From the NCBI GenBank assembly GCA_963790025.1, contig CAWBMP010000004.1, positions 704,001 to 768,000 on the forward strand: a stretch of 64,000 nt of DNA, written 5' to 3'. The notes beneath the pieces were generated by a model. It was not told where the DNA came from. It saw only the letters and a program-made list of their open reading frames with translations, and did not search any database. The stretch is from Nitrospirota bacterium. GTDB taxonomy: Bacteria > Nitrospirota > Thermodesulfovibrionia > Thermodesulfovibrionales > Dissulfurispiraceae. Of this stretch, positions 9,597-20,308 are shown piece after piece (position 1 is the first letter of the stretch; the number at the start of each line of letters is the position of its first letter). Position numbers and translations under genes: made by a program.

Positions 9597-9699
9597 AGGC
9601 AAAGGTAGAGGTAAAGAAAAGATGCAGAAAAGGTACAGGCAAAAACATATCAGAGGTTCAGGGCGAGTCTTTCCTCGACCTTTACCTCTACCTTTGCCT
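9597..9699. repeat. Hexamer-periodic 20-bp inverted repeat
   Basis: AGGCAAAGGTAGAGGTAAAG (9597-9616) and CTTTACCTCTACCTTTGCCT (9680-9699). Confidence 0.85.
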
Positions 9700-9703
9700 G
9701 TCT

Positions 9704-10234
9704 CTACTGGATCATGCTTTCTGCTATTCTGATCAACTCAAAAGGGGAGGACATAAAAAGGACAGTACAATAAAGGTCGCGGTCGGACCACGATATTCTG
9801 CTGCACGGCTTAACGTTATCGCATGTACCGACCTGAAGACGGGCAATTTTTCCTTTAAGCCGGTAGGGGATATCTTCTTTCACTTCGGACAGCCTGATTC
9901 TCTGAAGTTGGGATTCGCTGCCGCTCAGGGACGATTGGATAACGATCAACATCGTGTCCGTTGATCTTGTTTCCTTGAATTCAAGCACCAATGCCCTGTA
10001 TGGTTTCTTCTGTGCGAATATAAATGACGGAGGCCAGGATAAGCCTTCGGGAAAATACCGGGGGACAAGGATATTATCGAATCCGAGCGACTGTTTTACC
10101 TCCTCCACGGAGTTGTATTGCCGTGCAAAACCTTTCTGCATCAGTGAGGGCAGACGGTTCACCCCGGCCAAAATGGCCACAATTCCCCCTGCTATTATAG
10201 TGACATAAAGCAGTCCACGCACTGTTTTACTCAT
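9704..10234 (-). CDS. Hypothetical membrane-anchored protein
   Basis: N-terminal TM; RBS AGGAG before ATG 10234. Confidence 0.7.
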   Translation of the reverse strand: MSKTVRGLLYVTIIAGGIVAILAGVNRLPSLMQKGFARQYNSVEEVKQSLGFDNILVPRYFPEGLSWPPSFIFAQKKPYRALVLEFKETRSTDTMLIVIQSSLSGSESQLQRIRLSEVKEDIPYRLKGKIARLQVGTCDNVKPCSRISWSDRDLYCTVLFMSSPFELIRIAESMIQ

Positions 10235-10296
10235 ATCAACTCCTAATGTTCCGCGCATAAATAACTTGAACATTCATGCACAGACCCTGATGTCAC

Positions 10297-11310
10297 TTAT
10301 ACAACGAAGTAATTCATGGCTATTATAAGCCCAATGGTTATAAAAAAGGGGAACCCCCAGTGGGGTTCGTCCTGCATGCGCTGCCCGAGCCGCTGGACCC
10401 TGCTTTTCAAAGTCAGATCGAGGCTGTATTGTTCAAATGCCGATGCGAAGTCCCGAACGCCTTTGTTATGCGTGTCAAGGCTGTATTCTTCGGGCTCCGG
10501 ACGAAGCATATTTACCGCGCCGATCACGGCATCCGGCTTTCCGGTAAGGGCAACTGCAATATCATCACAGACTTCTTCCTCCTCCTGGGCCAGTTTTCTG
10601 AACTCAATCATTGCGACAGGATTGTAAAACATAAGCATTCTGAGCATATATGCAAGGATAAGTATCGGTTTCCTGCTCCTCTGGATATGGCCTATTTCGT
10701 GTGCCAATGCGGCCTTCAAATATTCGGTGCTGAATGATTCTATGAGCCCGGTTGAAATAAAGATCCTCGGATTCAGTCCGGTATTGGAATAAAGTGCAAG
10801 GTCTTCGTCGTTAATAATGCCGACACGCCCCTTTTCAAACGGCAGGCCCTTCATGGCTTCCGATAATTTCTCAAGTACAGACACATCAGGCTCTTCAGCA
10901 ACTGTCTCATCGGCTGCGCGCATTTGCCCCAGTTGGTGGACAATTATTGGCACCAGTTCCTGCAGGACAAATACTATGGAGGTGAGCGCCGGTATCACAA
11001 GCAACGCCTTAAACACCGGGGTGCCCCAGATTTCGAGGAAGAGCCATTTATTGCTGTCCAACAGGCTCTCAAGCCGGAAATAAACATCGCCTCTTCCGGG
11101 AAACAGGAACTGGTAGAGGGGAAAAGACGCAACCGGCAAAAAAATGACCATGAAACGGAAGCGCTGCTTCACGCGCGGCGTTCTTAATTCCCAGGCCTTG
11201 AATGCGCAGGCAACGAGCGCAGAGGCTATTACCGAATGAAGCAGCATTTGAACAGCATACATTCCCCAGTACGAGGAAGTGAGCGAACTCATGTCCCAAA
11301 AGGTTTTCAA
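10297..11310 (-). CDS. M56/M48-family membrane zinc metallopeptidase (BlaR1-like)
   Basis: HEIGH motif, EEVCDD, several TM segments. Confidence 0.85.
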   Translation of the reverse strand: MKTFWDMSSLTSSYWGMYAVQMLLHSVIASALVACAFKAWELRTPRVKQRFRFMVIFLPVASFPLYQFLFPGRGDVYFRLESLLDSNKWLFLEIWGTPVFKALLVIPALTSIVFVLQELVPIIVHQLGQMRAADETVAEEPDVSVLEKLSEAMKGLPFEKGRVGIINDEDLALYSNTGLNPRIFISTGLIESFSTEYLKAALAHEIGHIQRSRKPILILAYMLRMLMFYNPVAMIEFRKLAQEEEEVCDDIAVALTGKPDAVIGAVNMLRPEPEEYSLDTHNKGVRDFASAFEQYSLDLTLKSRVQRLGQRMQDEPHWGFPFFITIGLIIAMNYFVV

Positions 11311-11435
11311 TGAATAAGTTTAGCAGTTCTTTTTAATCAGATTCTACTTTTTTCGGGTGAGGCCGGATTCTTTCTCAAAGAACGCAGAGGGAGACGTGTA
11401 TTTAGGAGTGTTGTTAAAAACTCGGATGGGTGAGA

Positions 11436-11466
11436 TCTGTCATTCCGGACAAGCCGGAATGACAGA
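11436..11466. repeat. TGTCATTCC...GGAATGACA REP-like palindrome
   Basis: 13-bp perfect stem, 5-nt loop; related half-element at 27789-27813. Confidence 0.8.
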
Positions 11467-11507
11467 CCCATTACAGATATTTCTGAGCCACTATACTAGT
11501 TCATATT

Positions 11508-11888
11508 TTAGTGGCTGCAACCACCACCCTCACTGTGTCCGGCGCATGTATGCTGCATTGTAAATTGCGGAAGTGCCTGGGTGTTGAACAATTTGACATT
11601 TTCCCGCACTGTCGGTTTCTCTGCCCGGAACACTTTTATTCCGTTCTGATTAAGTTTCATCAGGGCGCCCCCGCCAATGCCTGCCACAATAATTCCATCG
11701 ACAGTCTCTCCGTTCAACGCCATAACGGGATTACATGCCCCGTGCTCATGTATCTGGTTCTTATTGATTATTGAACTTACCTCACTCTTCTCAGTGTCAA
11801 CGACAATAAAAAGTGGAGCCGAACCGAAATGGCCGTAAACCTCACTATTCATTCCATTATTCTCTAATACAGGAAAACAAAGTCTCAT
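11508..11888 (-). CDS. NifB/NifX-family Fe-Mo cluster-binding protein
   Basis: HFGSAPLF, GIGGGA, C-terminal CxH motifs. Confidence 0.88.
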   Translation of the reverse strand: MRLCFPVLENNGMNSEVYGHFGSAPLFIVVDTEKSEVSSIINKNQIHEHGACNPVMALNGETVDGIIVAGIGGGALMKLNQNGIKVFRAEKPTVRENVKLFNTQALPQFTMQHTCAGHSEGGGCSH

Positions 11889-12001
11889 CGCTTATACCTC
11901 CATTTTTTTATAACAAACATATGCTCATTATACCTCCGGTGATAATACCATGTCAAATAGCTATTCTTGATATGTTAAAGAACATAGACATATAATAAAG
12001 C

Positions 12002-12322
12002 GTGCCAAGGCCCAAAAAGTGCAGACATATAAAATGCAAAATAAACGCTTACTACTTCAAGCCGAGGGGTATTCCTCTTGTCGACCTGGAGGACGTTGTT
12101 CTTAGTTTTGATGAACTGGAAGCGATCAGGCTTGCAGATCACAAGGGACTTTATCACGTTGAGGCGGCCGCTGAGATGAAGGTTTCGCGGGCTACTTTTG
12201 GAAGGATCCTCAAACAGGGACGAAAAAAAGTGGCTGAAGCTCTTATTATGGGGAAGGCCCTGAAGATAGATACTGCGCCAGACTTAAAATCCACGAGGAT
12301 GAGCAGTGATAAAAAAAGTTAA
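12002..12322 (+). CDS. DUF134 (UPF0251) DNA-binding protein
   Basis: MPRPKKCR, YFKPRGIP, DELEAIRLAD, MKVSRATF. Confidence 0.9.
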   Translation: MPRPKKCRHIKCKINAYYFKPRGIPLVDLEDVVLSFDELEAIRLADHKGLYHVEAAAEMKVSRATFGRILKQGRKKVAEALIMGKALKIDTAPDLKSTRMSSDKKS

Positions 12323-12737
12323 TTCCGGCAGCGGTGATACCGACAGGGAGAACAAGCCGCTTTATCCAATAGGTATTGTCGCAGAGTTGATAGGCATTAC
12401 AGAGCAGACCTTGAGGCTTTATGAAAAGCACGGCCTTATCAGACCTGCCAGACGCAATAATAGGCGTCACTATTCAGATAATGATATCAAATGGCTCAGA
12501 TGTGTCAGAGATTTAATACATATCCAAAAAGTAAGCATTGAAGGGATAAAAAAACTGCTCGGCTATGCCCCGTGCTGGCAAATCACAGAGTGCCCGGAGG
12601 AGAAAAGGACCAAATGCACTGCCCATATAAATAAATCCAGGCCGTGCTGGGAGCTTAACAAGACAATATGCAATAAGAAGTCGGGCAAGCTCTGCAAGGA
12701 ATGCGTCGTCTATCTCGCCAGAAACGAAAAAAAATAA
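12306..12737 (+). CDS. MerR/HspR-like regulator with Cys-rich C-terminus
   Basis: YPIGIVAEL...TLRLYEKHGLI HTH; CW...C...CW...CxxC tail. Confidence 0.85.
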   Translation: MIKKVNSGSGDTDRENKPLYPIGIVAELIGITEQTLRLYEKHGLIRPARRNNRRHYSDNDIKWLRCVRDLIHIQKVSIEGIKKLLGYAPCWQITECPEEKRTKCTAHINKSRPCWELNKTICNKKSGKLCKECVVYLARNEKK

Positions 12738-12885
12738 GGATTGCGAGGCCGAAAAACCACTTCTGCCTGAATTTAAGTTGTAATTTATAAATGAGTTGAT
12801 AATTGTAATTTTAACGTGTTATATTGTGCAATTGAAGCCAAAACAATAATTGTTCAAATCAATATTGAGAGGAGGGTTAAGATTT

Positions 12886-13740
12886 ATGCAAGACGAAAAG
12901 ACGTGTGAAGAAAACATTTCAAGAAGAGGTCTGATCAAAACTATTGGAGTCGGGGGCCTCGCTATCGCAGCTTCGGGAGCGCTGGGACTTTTGTCTAAAG
13001 CAGAAGCCGCCAGGAATAAATCCTCGAAGGTTCCATGGCCATACAAGGTCTTGAGTGATGCGGAGATCAAACAGGCTGGTGAGCGCGCTTATAACAACTG
13101 GTTCAAGGGTTTTTGCGCGTATGCAGCTGTAAGCGGGATAGTCGAGACGCTTGCTGAAAAAGTCGGCGGACCGTACAAGACTTTCCCCATGCAGTCCGTT
13201 ATGTTCGCTCATGGTGGAACAGCCGGCTGGGGCTGCACATGCGGAACATTAATCGGGGCCGGGGTCGGGGCTTCCCTTGTGGTGCCTTTCAGGGAAGTTG
13301 AAGAATTGGTAAACGAGGTTATGTACTATTACGCCGAAACAGCGCTTCCGACTTTTGTTCCTGCCAAACCTGTAGCATATAAAGAGCCTCTTAAGGCAAC
13401 AAGCACAGCCAATTCCACCCTCTGCCACGTATCTGTCGGCAAATGGATGAAGGCTGAAGGGATTGCTGAAGGCACAGGTCCGGAAAGTGTTGGGTTTCTG
13501 AGCCTCCAGCAGATGGACAGGTGCGCCAGGATGGCAGCTGATATGTCCATGAAAACGCTCGAACTCCTGAATCAATGGAAGGAAGGTAAATTCGAGGCTA
13601 AGAATGAAGCTCCATCTTCTGCTAACCATATACCGTCTCAGAATAACTGTACTGATTGCCACCACGATACTGTGCCGACACCAGGGCCGTTCGGCAAAGG
13701 AGTGGGCATACTCAAAGGCAGGTATGGAGTCGGACTCTGA
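12886..13740 (+). CDS. Split-Soret cytochrome c-like protein (C_GCAxxG_C_C family)
   Basis: Tat motif SRRGLI; GGTAGWGCTCG, LCHVSV, RCAR, CTDCH. Confidence 0.85.
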   Translation: MQDEKTCEENISRRGLIKTIGVGGLAIAASGALGLLSKAEAARNKSSKVPWPYKVLSDAEIKQAGERAYNNWFKGFCAYAAVSGIVETLAEKVGGPYKTFPMQSVMFAHGGTAGWGCTCGTLIGAGVGASLVVPFREVEELVNEVMYYYAETALPTFVPAKPVAYKEPLKATSTANSTLCHVSVGKWMKAEGIAEGTGPESVGFLSLQQMDRCARMAADMSMKTLELLNQWKEGKFEAKNEAPSSANHIPSQNNCTDCHHDTVPTPGPFGKGVGILKGRYGVGL

Positions 13741-13829
13741 AATAAAAATTGCGGCGCTGCGACTATGCCTTTTCCGTAGAAAGGGTGTATATTGAAAACA
13801 TTTATTTAAATTGAAAGGAGGTGAAAAGA

Positions 13830-14084
13830 ATGAAGAAGATTCTGGCAACCGCTGTATCCTTTATTTTTGTTCTCGGTCTTGCTTCCTTCGGTTTTGCTGC
13901 TGAACTGAAGTGCGACAAATGTCACAAAGGTGAGAAAGCAATAGACAAAATAGTGGCTAAGAACAAAATTGCTACCGCCGCTGATCTTCAAAAGGTTTTA
14001 AGAGAAGGGCCTAAAAAAGCCATGCACAAGTCATTAAAGGATGAAGACATTAAAGCTGCCGCTGATACTCTTAAACTGAAATAG
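13830..14084 (+). CDS. Small monoheme cytochrome c
   Basis: Signal peptide, CDKCH, distal MH; RBS AGGAGG. Confidence 0.85.
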   Translation: MKKILATAVSFIFVLGLASFGFAAELKCDKCHKGEKAIDKIVAKNKIATAADLQKVLREGPKKAMHKSLKDEDIKAAADTLKLK

Positions 14085-14096
14085 GACTATTGAAAC

Positions 14097-14135
14097 AATA
14101 AGGGGTGGACGGCAACAAGCCGTCCACCCCTTATT
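14097..14135. terminator. Bidirectional intrinsic terminator
   Basis: 17-bp perfect stem AATAAGGGGTGGACGGC/GCCGTCCACCCCTTATT between convergent genes. Confidence 0.85.
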
Positions 14136-14149
14136 TTAATTTGTCTTTA

Positions 14150-15082
14150 TTACTTTAGAAACAAAAGCGCAAACCCGACAATTCTGATGGTCCATTCTAA
14201 TATTGTTCCAGCAGAAAGCCCTTTTTTCTTATCTTCTTTATTGTCCTCTTTCCCGGCATTTTCCACTTTCGAAACATATGCAGCCGCAGTGTCCTGTGAC
14301 GTATCTGCCGGTGCCGCTTTCACTTCTGATTCTGTTGTGTATGGTGAAACCAAAGGTGAATGAGAAGATGAAGAATAAGAAATGGAGTTCTTGTTTTCAA
14401 CAGGTTTGCTTGCAATAGAGTGTTCGAAATTTACTTGTGCAGGGACAGCAGAAGGCACAGAAATACTTTCCGAATGGGTTAAAGCCGGAGTTTCGGTAGC
14501 AGCTCCACCTTCGTGAATTGTTTTTGCCACATCTTCTGTTGCAGGGGCTGTCTGTATTGCTTTTGGCGCAACTGTTGATGCAATGGGTCTCTCGACTCTG
14601 GCTAAAAGCATTCTATTTTCCGCGGAATGTCCTTTGACTGTCCTGGAAACAGGATGAACAGTTCTCCGTACAGTTCTGAGTTTCCTGACATATGATTCGT
14701 CAACCGGCGACTCAGGCTTTGGCTTTGTAATTCCCTCAGGCGTCGAATCTTTGCCGGACTCAGTCTTGTCGCTGTTGCCGGATACCGCTACGGCGAGTTG
14801 CGGATCCAAAACTGCTGCTTCCCGCAACTGCTCCCGGTATGGCGTAACAGGATCAGTCGTAAAAGGTCGAGTGACCGCCTCCGCAATGGCAACCTCAAGT
14901 GGAGAAATCCTGATAAGTGGAGTAACCTGCATTGGCCGTGTGTCGTTGCTTTGAATTAATCTGATCGCTGCCGAAGCAATAAAACCGCTGATTATAAGCG
15001 CACCCAAAAAAATGCGGACATAACTGGACATCCCATTCCCTTCGATTTCGTTATATTTGTCCCTTGCAGCCGCTAAACTCAT
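14150..15082 (-). CDS. Hypothetical low-complexity protein with hydrophobic segments at both ends
   Basis: 310-aa Ala/Ser/Thr/Pro-rich ORF; no family recognised. Confidence 0.65.
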   Translation of the reverse strand: MSLAAARDKYNEIEGNGMSSYVRIFLGALIISGFIASAAIRLIQSNDTRPMQVTPLIRISPLEVAIAEAVTRPFTTDPVTPYREQLREAAVLDPQLAVAVSGNSDKTESGKDSTPEGITKPKPESPVDESYVRKLRTVRRTVHPVSRTVKGHSAENRMLLARVERPIASTVAPKAIQTAPATEDVAKTIHEGGAATETPALTHSESISVPSAVPAQVNFEHSIASKPVENKNSISYSSSSHSPLVSPYTTESEVKAAPADTSQDTAAAYVSKVENAGKEDNKEDKKKGLSAGTILEWTIRIVGFALLFLK

Positions 15083-15152
15083 ATCTCATTCCACCTTTTG
15101 CGTTACCGTATGTTTTAAAATAAATTCCAACAGATGCGCATAATGCTTAATA

Positions 15153-15168
15153 AGCAAGTCCCATGCCA
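15153..15168 (-). promoter_or_regulatory. Sigma-54 (-24/-12) promoter
   Basis: TGGCATGGGACTTGCT (GG-N10-GC) upstream of 14150..15082. Confidence 0.75.
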
Positions 15169-15395
15169 CCAAACGAATAATCCAAGCCATTGAAGTCTAA
15201 TAGCATTTTAAAAGTCAGGTCTGTTTTTCGTCTTTTCACGGCAATATCGGCAAAAAATTCCCGGTCAAAAAATTTCCTATTGTAATGGGCCGGCATTTTT
15301 CAGGCAAGACGATTAATCACCGCTCTCTCCTTTCTGCTATAATCCGATGAGAACAACGCAGAACATTGCGATTAACAACTGGAGGGCAACCTTTG

Positions 15396-15656
15396 ATGCA
15401 TACCGACGAATACGAGATATCCCTTTACCGGGAGCTTGAGGTCTGCAGGAAAAGAATACAAAAGATCGAAAAAAACCTCTCCAGGTTTGAGAGCTACTAT
15501 ACGCTAACCACCAAAATGTTTGTCGAAAAATATAAGAGCGGGGAGATTGGGACCAGCAAGGATTTTACGCTCTGGAATGAGAACTATGAGGGCTTGAAAC
15601 GCTGGACACAACTCAGAAGGCAATACGAGGAAATGTTCCACCTAATGAAAATCTGA
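15396..15656 (+). CDS. Small hypothetical coiled-coil protein
   Basis: RBS GGAGG; 86-aa charged helical ORF. Confidence 0.7.
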   Translation: MHTDEYEISLYRELEVCRKRIQKIEKNLSRFESYYTLTTKMFVEKYKSGEIGTSKDFTLWNENYEGLKRWTQLRRQYEEMFHLMKI

Positions 15657-15675
15657 CGGCCCGTTTGACGGAATT

Positions 15676-15750
15676 AAAAAAAGCGGGCCTGAAATTCTAC
15701 TGAATCTCAGACCCCGTGGTTAAGTTCCGCAACTGAGGGCTTGCCCTCAC
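15676..15750 (-). ncRNA. Candidate ~75-nt sRNA (5' hairpin, linker, intrinsic terminator)
   Basis: TTGACT-N18-TATATT just upstream; hairpin TGAGGGC-AA-GCCCTCA; terminator stem plus T7. Confidence 0.45.
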
Positions 15751-15821
15751 ACTTTCAATATAGTGCTTACCCCTGAAAAAAGTCAATCCGAGGAAAAAAT
15801 AGGTTAGAGGTCAAACCGTTT

Positions 15822-17330
15822 CTACAGTTGTTTTTTTCTTGCGGCAAGCTTGTTTAACGCCATGATATAGGCCCTTGCAGCGGCAACAATAATATCGGTA
15901 TCGGCGCCGTTTCCCCGGGCGGTTATACCGTCCTCTTCCAGCGATACGGTTACTTCCCCAAGTGCATCGGTCCCACCCGTGATGCCTTTGACCTCAAATT
16001 TCAATAAATTACTCTTTGTCTGTGTAAGGGCGGCAATCGCCTTATAGGCAGCATCCACCGGGCCGTCGCCGTGCTCCACCGCCTCGACAACAACACCGCT
16101 CATTTTCAGTTTCAGCGACGCGGTCGGCTTGGCGCTCGTGCCGCTGGTGATCGAGAGGTCCACCAGGCTGTAAATTTCAGGGGTCCTGGACACCTCTTCG
16201 GAGACAAGGGCTTCAATATCCTCATCGAAAATATTCTTCTTCTGGTCTGCCAGGTGCTTGAATTTCTTAAAAGCTGTTTCCACCTCTTCGTTAGTAAGTT
16301 CGTACCCGAGCTCGCTCAGCCTTGCTTTAAACGCATGCCTTCCAGAGTGTTTTCCGAGTATGAGTTCAGTGCGGTAAAGGCCGATATCTTCGGGCCGGAT
16401 TATCTCATAGGTCACCTTTTCTTTAAGAAGGCCGTCCTGATGAATGCCAGATTCATGGGCAAATGCATTGGCACCTACTATAGCCTTATTCGGCTGCACC
16501 GGTATTCCGGTTATCCTTGTGACCAGCCTGCTGGTGCGGATTATTTCCTTTGTATTGACGTTGGTTGAGGCCTGATAGAAATCTTTACGGGTTGCAAGGT
16601 TCATAACGACCTCTTCCATGGAACAATTGCCTGCACGCTCTCCAATCCCATTTACTGTACACTCTACCTGCCCAGCTCCGTTTATAATTGCGGCAAGCGA
16701 GTTTGCCACAGCAAGCCCCAAATCGTTATGACAGTGGACCGAGATCACAGCTTTATCGCCTATTCGTTCCTTAATTGTCTTGATAAGAGCGCCGAATTCG
16801 TAAGGCGTTGTGTACCCCACCGTATCCGGTATATTAACAGTGGAGGCCCCGGCTTCGATGACGGCCTCTACCACTTCCAGGAGGTATGGGATATCCGTTC
16901 TCGTTGCATCCATAGGAGAGAATTCGACATCATCAACAAGGCCTTTTGCAAGCATGACCATCTCGGCCGACCTCTTCAGTGCTTCTTCACGGCTAACGCG
17001 GAACTGGTATTTCAGATGTATGTCAGAAGTAGAGTGAAATGTATGAATTCGCCGCTGAGGCGCCTCCCTGACAGCTTCCCAGGCCCTTTTGATGTCCTCT
17101 TCTCTGGCCCTTGCAAGCCCGGCAATAGTTGCGCCCCTCACCTCTGCCGCAATCCTCCGCACCGCCTCAAAATCCCCCGGTGATGCGATAGGAAAGCCAG
17201 CCTCTATAATGTCCACACCCAGTTTAACCAGTTGCCGGGCCATCTGCAGCTTCTCTTCGATGTTCATGGAGGCGCCTGGCGACTGCTCGCCGTCTCTCAG
17301 TGTCGTATCAAATATCTTAATAGTTCTCAT
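15822..17330 (-). CDS. leuA: 2-isopropylmalate synthase
   Basis: [31 protein letters not shown], regulatory domain. Confidence 0.97.
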   Translation of the reverse strand: MRTIKIFDTTLRDGEQSPGASMNIEEKLQMARQLVKLGVDIIEAGFPIASPGDFEAVRRIAAEVRGATIAGLARAREEDIKRAWEAVREAPQRRIHTFHSTSDIHLKYQFRVSREEALKRSAEMVMLAKGLVDDVEFSPMDATRTDIPYLLEVVEAVIEAGASTVNIPDTVGYTTPYEFGALIKTIKERIGDKAVISVHCHNDLGLAVANSLAAIINGAGQVECTVNGIGERAGNCSMEEVVMNLATRKDFYQASTNVNTKEIIRTSRLVTRITGIPVQPNKAIVGANAFAHESGIHQDGLLKEKVTYEIIRPEDIGLYRTELILGKHSGRHAFKARLSELGYELTNEEVETAFKKFKHLADQKKNIFDEDIEALVSEEVSRTPEIYSLVDLSITSGTSAKPTASLKLKMSGVVVEAVEHGDGPVDAAYKAIAALTQTKSNLLKFEVKGITGGTDALGEVTVSLEEDGITARGNGADTDIIVAAARAYIMALNKLAARKKQL

Positions 17331-18120
17331 GTGTGTTGTCTCGCTGTTCATCAGGAATTTGCTGCTGTGCAGCAAGCTTCATTCTCCTTCGTCTCATAAG
17401 AATATATACATTCTCAATTATACCCCAGACAAGGTATGACATTGCAAAAATAAATATCGCCGTGGGTGGATGAATGAGCAGGATAAAAAGTATCAAAACA
17501 AAAATTATCAGGAACCAAAACGGTTTCTTTTCCCTGAAGTCTATTTCCTTCAAGCCGTGATGTTTGAGCGTGCTCACCATAAGCAAAGATAGGACGATCG
17601 TTATCGCCGGGAAAAAAGCATTCTTCACAGGCAAGCCTTCCCAGAACTCGTAGTAGAATATGATAATAGAGGATAAAATAGTGGCAGCTGCCGGTATCGG
17701 CATTCCTTTGAAAGACTTTGAACCCGGGACCCCTGTCTGTACATTAAAGCGCGCCAACCTCAAGGCCCCACAAGCTACGAACAAAAAAGCTGCAGCCCAC
17801 CCAAGCCTGCCGAAGGGCCCGAGCGCCCACTTATACATCATAATGGAGGGGGCGACGCCGAATGCCACTAGATCGGACAACGAATCCAGCTCTATCCCAA
17901 ACCGAGTCGAGGTATTGGTGAGACGTGCGATCCAGCCGTCAAGCCCATCGAATATATTGGCGACCACTATGGCCCAGGCTGCGTAAATAAAGTTGCCGTT
18001 GATTGCAGACATAATTGCAAAAAAACCGCTGAACATGCCGCAAAGGGTCAGCGTATTCGGCAACAGATAAACACCTTTCTTCGGTTTTTTCCCGTTTACG
18101 TCAGGACATTCATTTGTCAT
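17317..18120 (-). CDS. pssA: CDP-diacylglycerol--serine O-phosphatidyltransferase
   Basis: DGLDGWIAR...FGIELDSLSD; RLARFN. Confidence 0.95.
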   Translation of the reverse strand: MTNECPDVNGKKPKKGVYLLPNTLTLCGMFSGFFAIMSAINGNFIYAAWAIVVANIFDGLDGWIARLTNTSTRFGIELDSLSDLVAFGVAPSIMMYKWALGPFGRLGWAAAFLFVACGALRLARFNVQTGVPGSKSFKGMPIPAAATILSSIIIFYYEFWEGLPVKNAFFPAITIVLSLLMVSTLKHHGLKEIDFREKKPFWFLIIFVLILFILLIHPPTAIFIFAMSYLVWGIIENVYILMRRRRMKLAAQQQIPDEQRDNTHENY

Positions 18121-18749
18121 ATATTCCGTTGTCCTATAATAGTTTCGCCGGCTTTGACGGAATCACCGGTCTTTACTTTGATTACAGTGTCTTCCGGCAG
18201 ATAGACATCGAGCCGGGAACTGAATTTTATAATTCCATAACGCTGGCCCTTCTTGAGTATATCTCCCTGCCGGGCACGGCAGACTACACGCCGTGCAACA
18301 GCACCTGCTACCTGGCGAACAAGTATACTGCCGCTGCTTCCCTTTAGCAGCATTGCGATGTTTTCGTTGAGGATGGATGCCTCCGGTTTGAATGCCGACA
18401 GAAAGGCGCCAGGAGTATATACAACGGACTCTACCACCCCGTCACAAGGCGCTCTGTTGACGTGCACATTGAGAGGCGACATGAAGATACTTATCTCTAC
18501 AGCTCTGCCTTTCAGGTATTTCTCCTCTGTGACCGTCTGCACTTGTAATATCCGCCCGTCCGCAGGCGATACGAAGATGTTATCGCCCTCCGGCACCTTA
18601 CGTTCAGGGTCCCTGAAAAAGTATGCAACGAAAAGTGTGAGGACCAGGGGAAGAGCAGCTGCCCATACCCACCCGGAAATAAAAGCTGCGCCGGTTACGG
18701 CAGCGGTAAGAGCAATAAACGGATACCCTTCCGGTGCAAACTTGATCAT
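18117..18749 (-). CDS. psd: Phosphatidylserine decarboxylase
   Basis: FFRDPER, SPADG, NVHVNRAP; FSSR where FGSR is usual. Confidence 0.93.
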   Translation of the reverse strand: MIKFAPEGYPFIALTAAVTGAAFISGWVWAAALPLVLTLFVAYFFRDPERKVPEGDNIFVSPADGRILQVQTVTEEKYLKGRAVEISIFMSPLNVHVNRAPCDGVVESVVYTPGAFLSAFKPEASILNENIAMLLKGSSGSILVRQVAGAVARRVVCRARQGDILKKGQRYGIIKFSSRLDVYLPEDTVIKVKTGDSVKAGETIIGQRNI

Positions 18750-18776
18750 TATTCCCTCACGCCTTTGACCAGTCCA

Positions 18777-19784
<1,008 letters not shown>

Positions 19785-20008
19785 TTATGTTCAATTTTAT
19801 CAATCAGTTTATACATTAAGGATTATAACACAAAAAATTTATACGTAACGGAGAGTGACAATCAGCAACCAACAGATGAAACAGCTCACATATCGGGTTG
19901 ATTTTTACAGATTCAGGAACATCGAACAAAAAAACTGCACATGACTTTTGTCATGCCGGTTTGCCCGGCACATTTAAAAAAAAGGTTGACGTGGCCCGAC
20001 GCGGAGAC

Positions 20009-20158
20009 TCACTCCGGACCCTGAGAATCCGAGCCGCCTTTCTCATCCGTTGTCGAATCCTTTTTGAAACGCTTCTGTCTTTTCTCTTCCTGTTTTTTCA
20101 ACTTCACTAATTCTTTTTTTCTTTTCTCACTCTTATATGTAACGCCTTTTCTCGCCAA
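20009..20158 (-). CDS. 49-aa Lys/Arg/Glu-rich small protein, absent from the ORF track
   Basis: TTG start with RBS AAGGGGG; MARKGVTYKSEKRKKELVKLKKQEEKRQKRFKK... Confidence 0.6.
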   Translation of the reverse strand: MARKGVTYKSEKRKKELVKLKKQEEKRQKRFKKDSTTDEKGGSDSQGPE

Positions 20159-20308
20159 AGCTTTCCCCCCTTACGTTCTTTAATAGCCGGTAGTAAGCAG
20201 TATGCAGCCAAGGGGTGCAAGAGAATTTATTTTATAGTTTTTTCCCCTTACTATTAACTACTTCCTTCTGGCTACGATACCGATTATTATAGCAGATGCA
20301 ACGCCCAT

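Noticed and set aside
15718..15733. 16S rRNA gene fragment
   Set aside because: Only a 16-nt near match with no flanking rRNA similarity.
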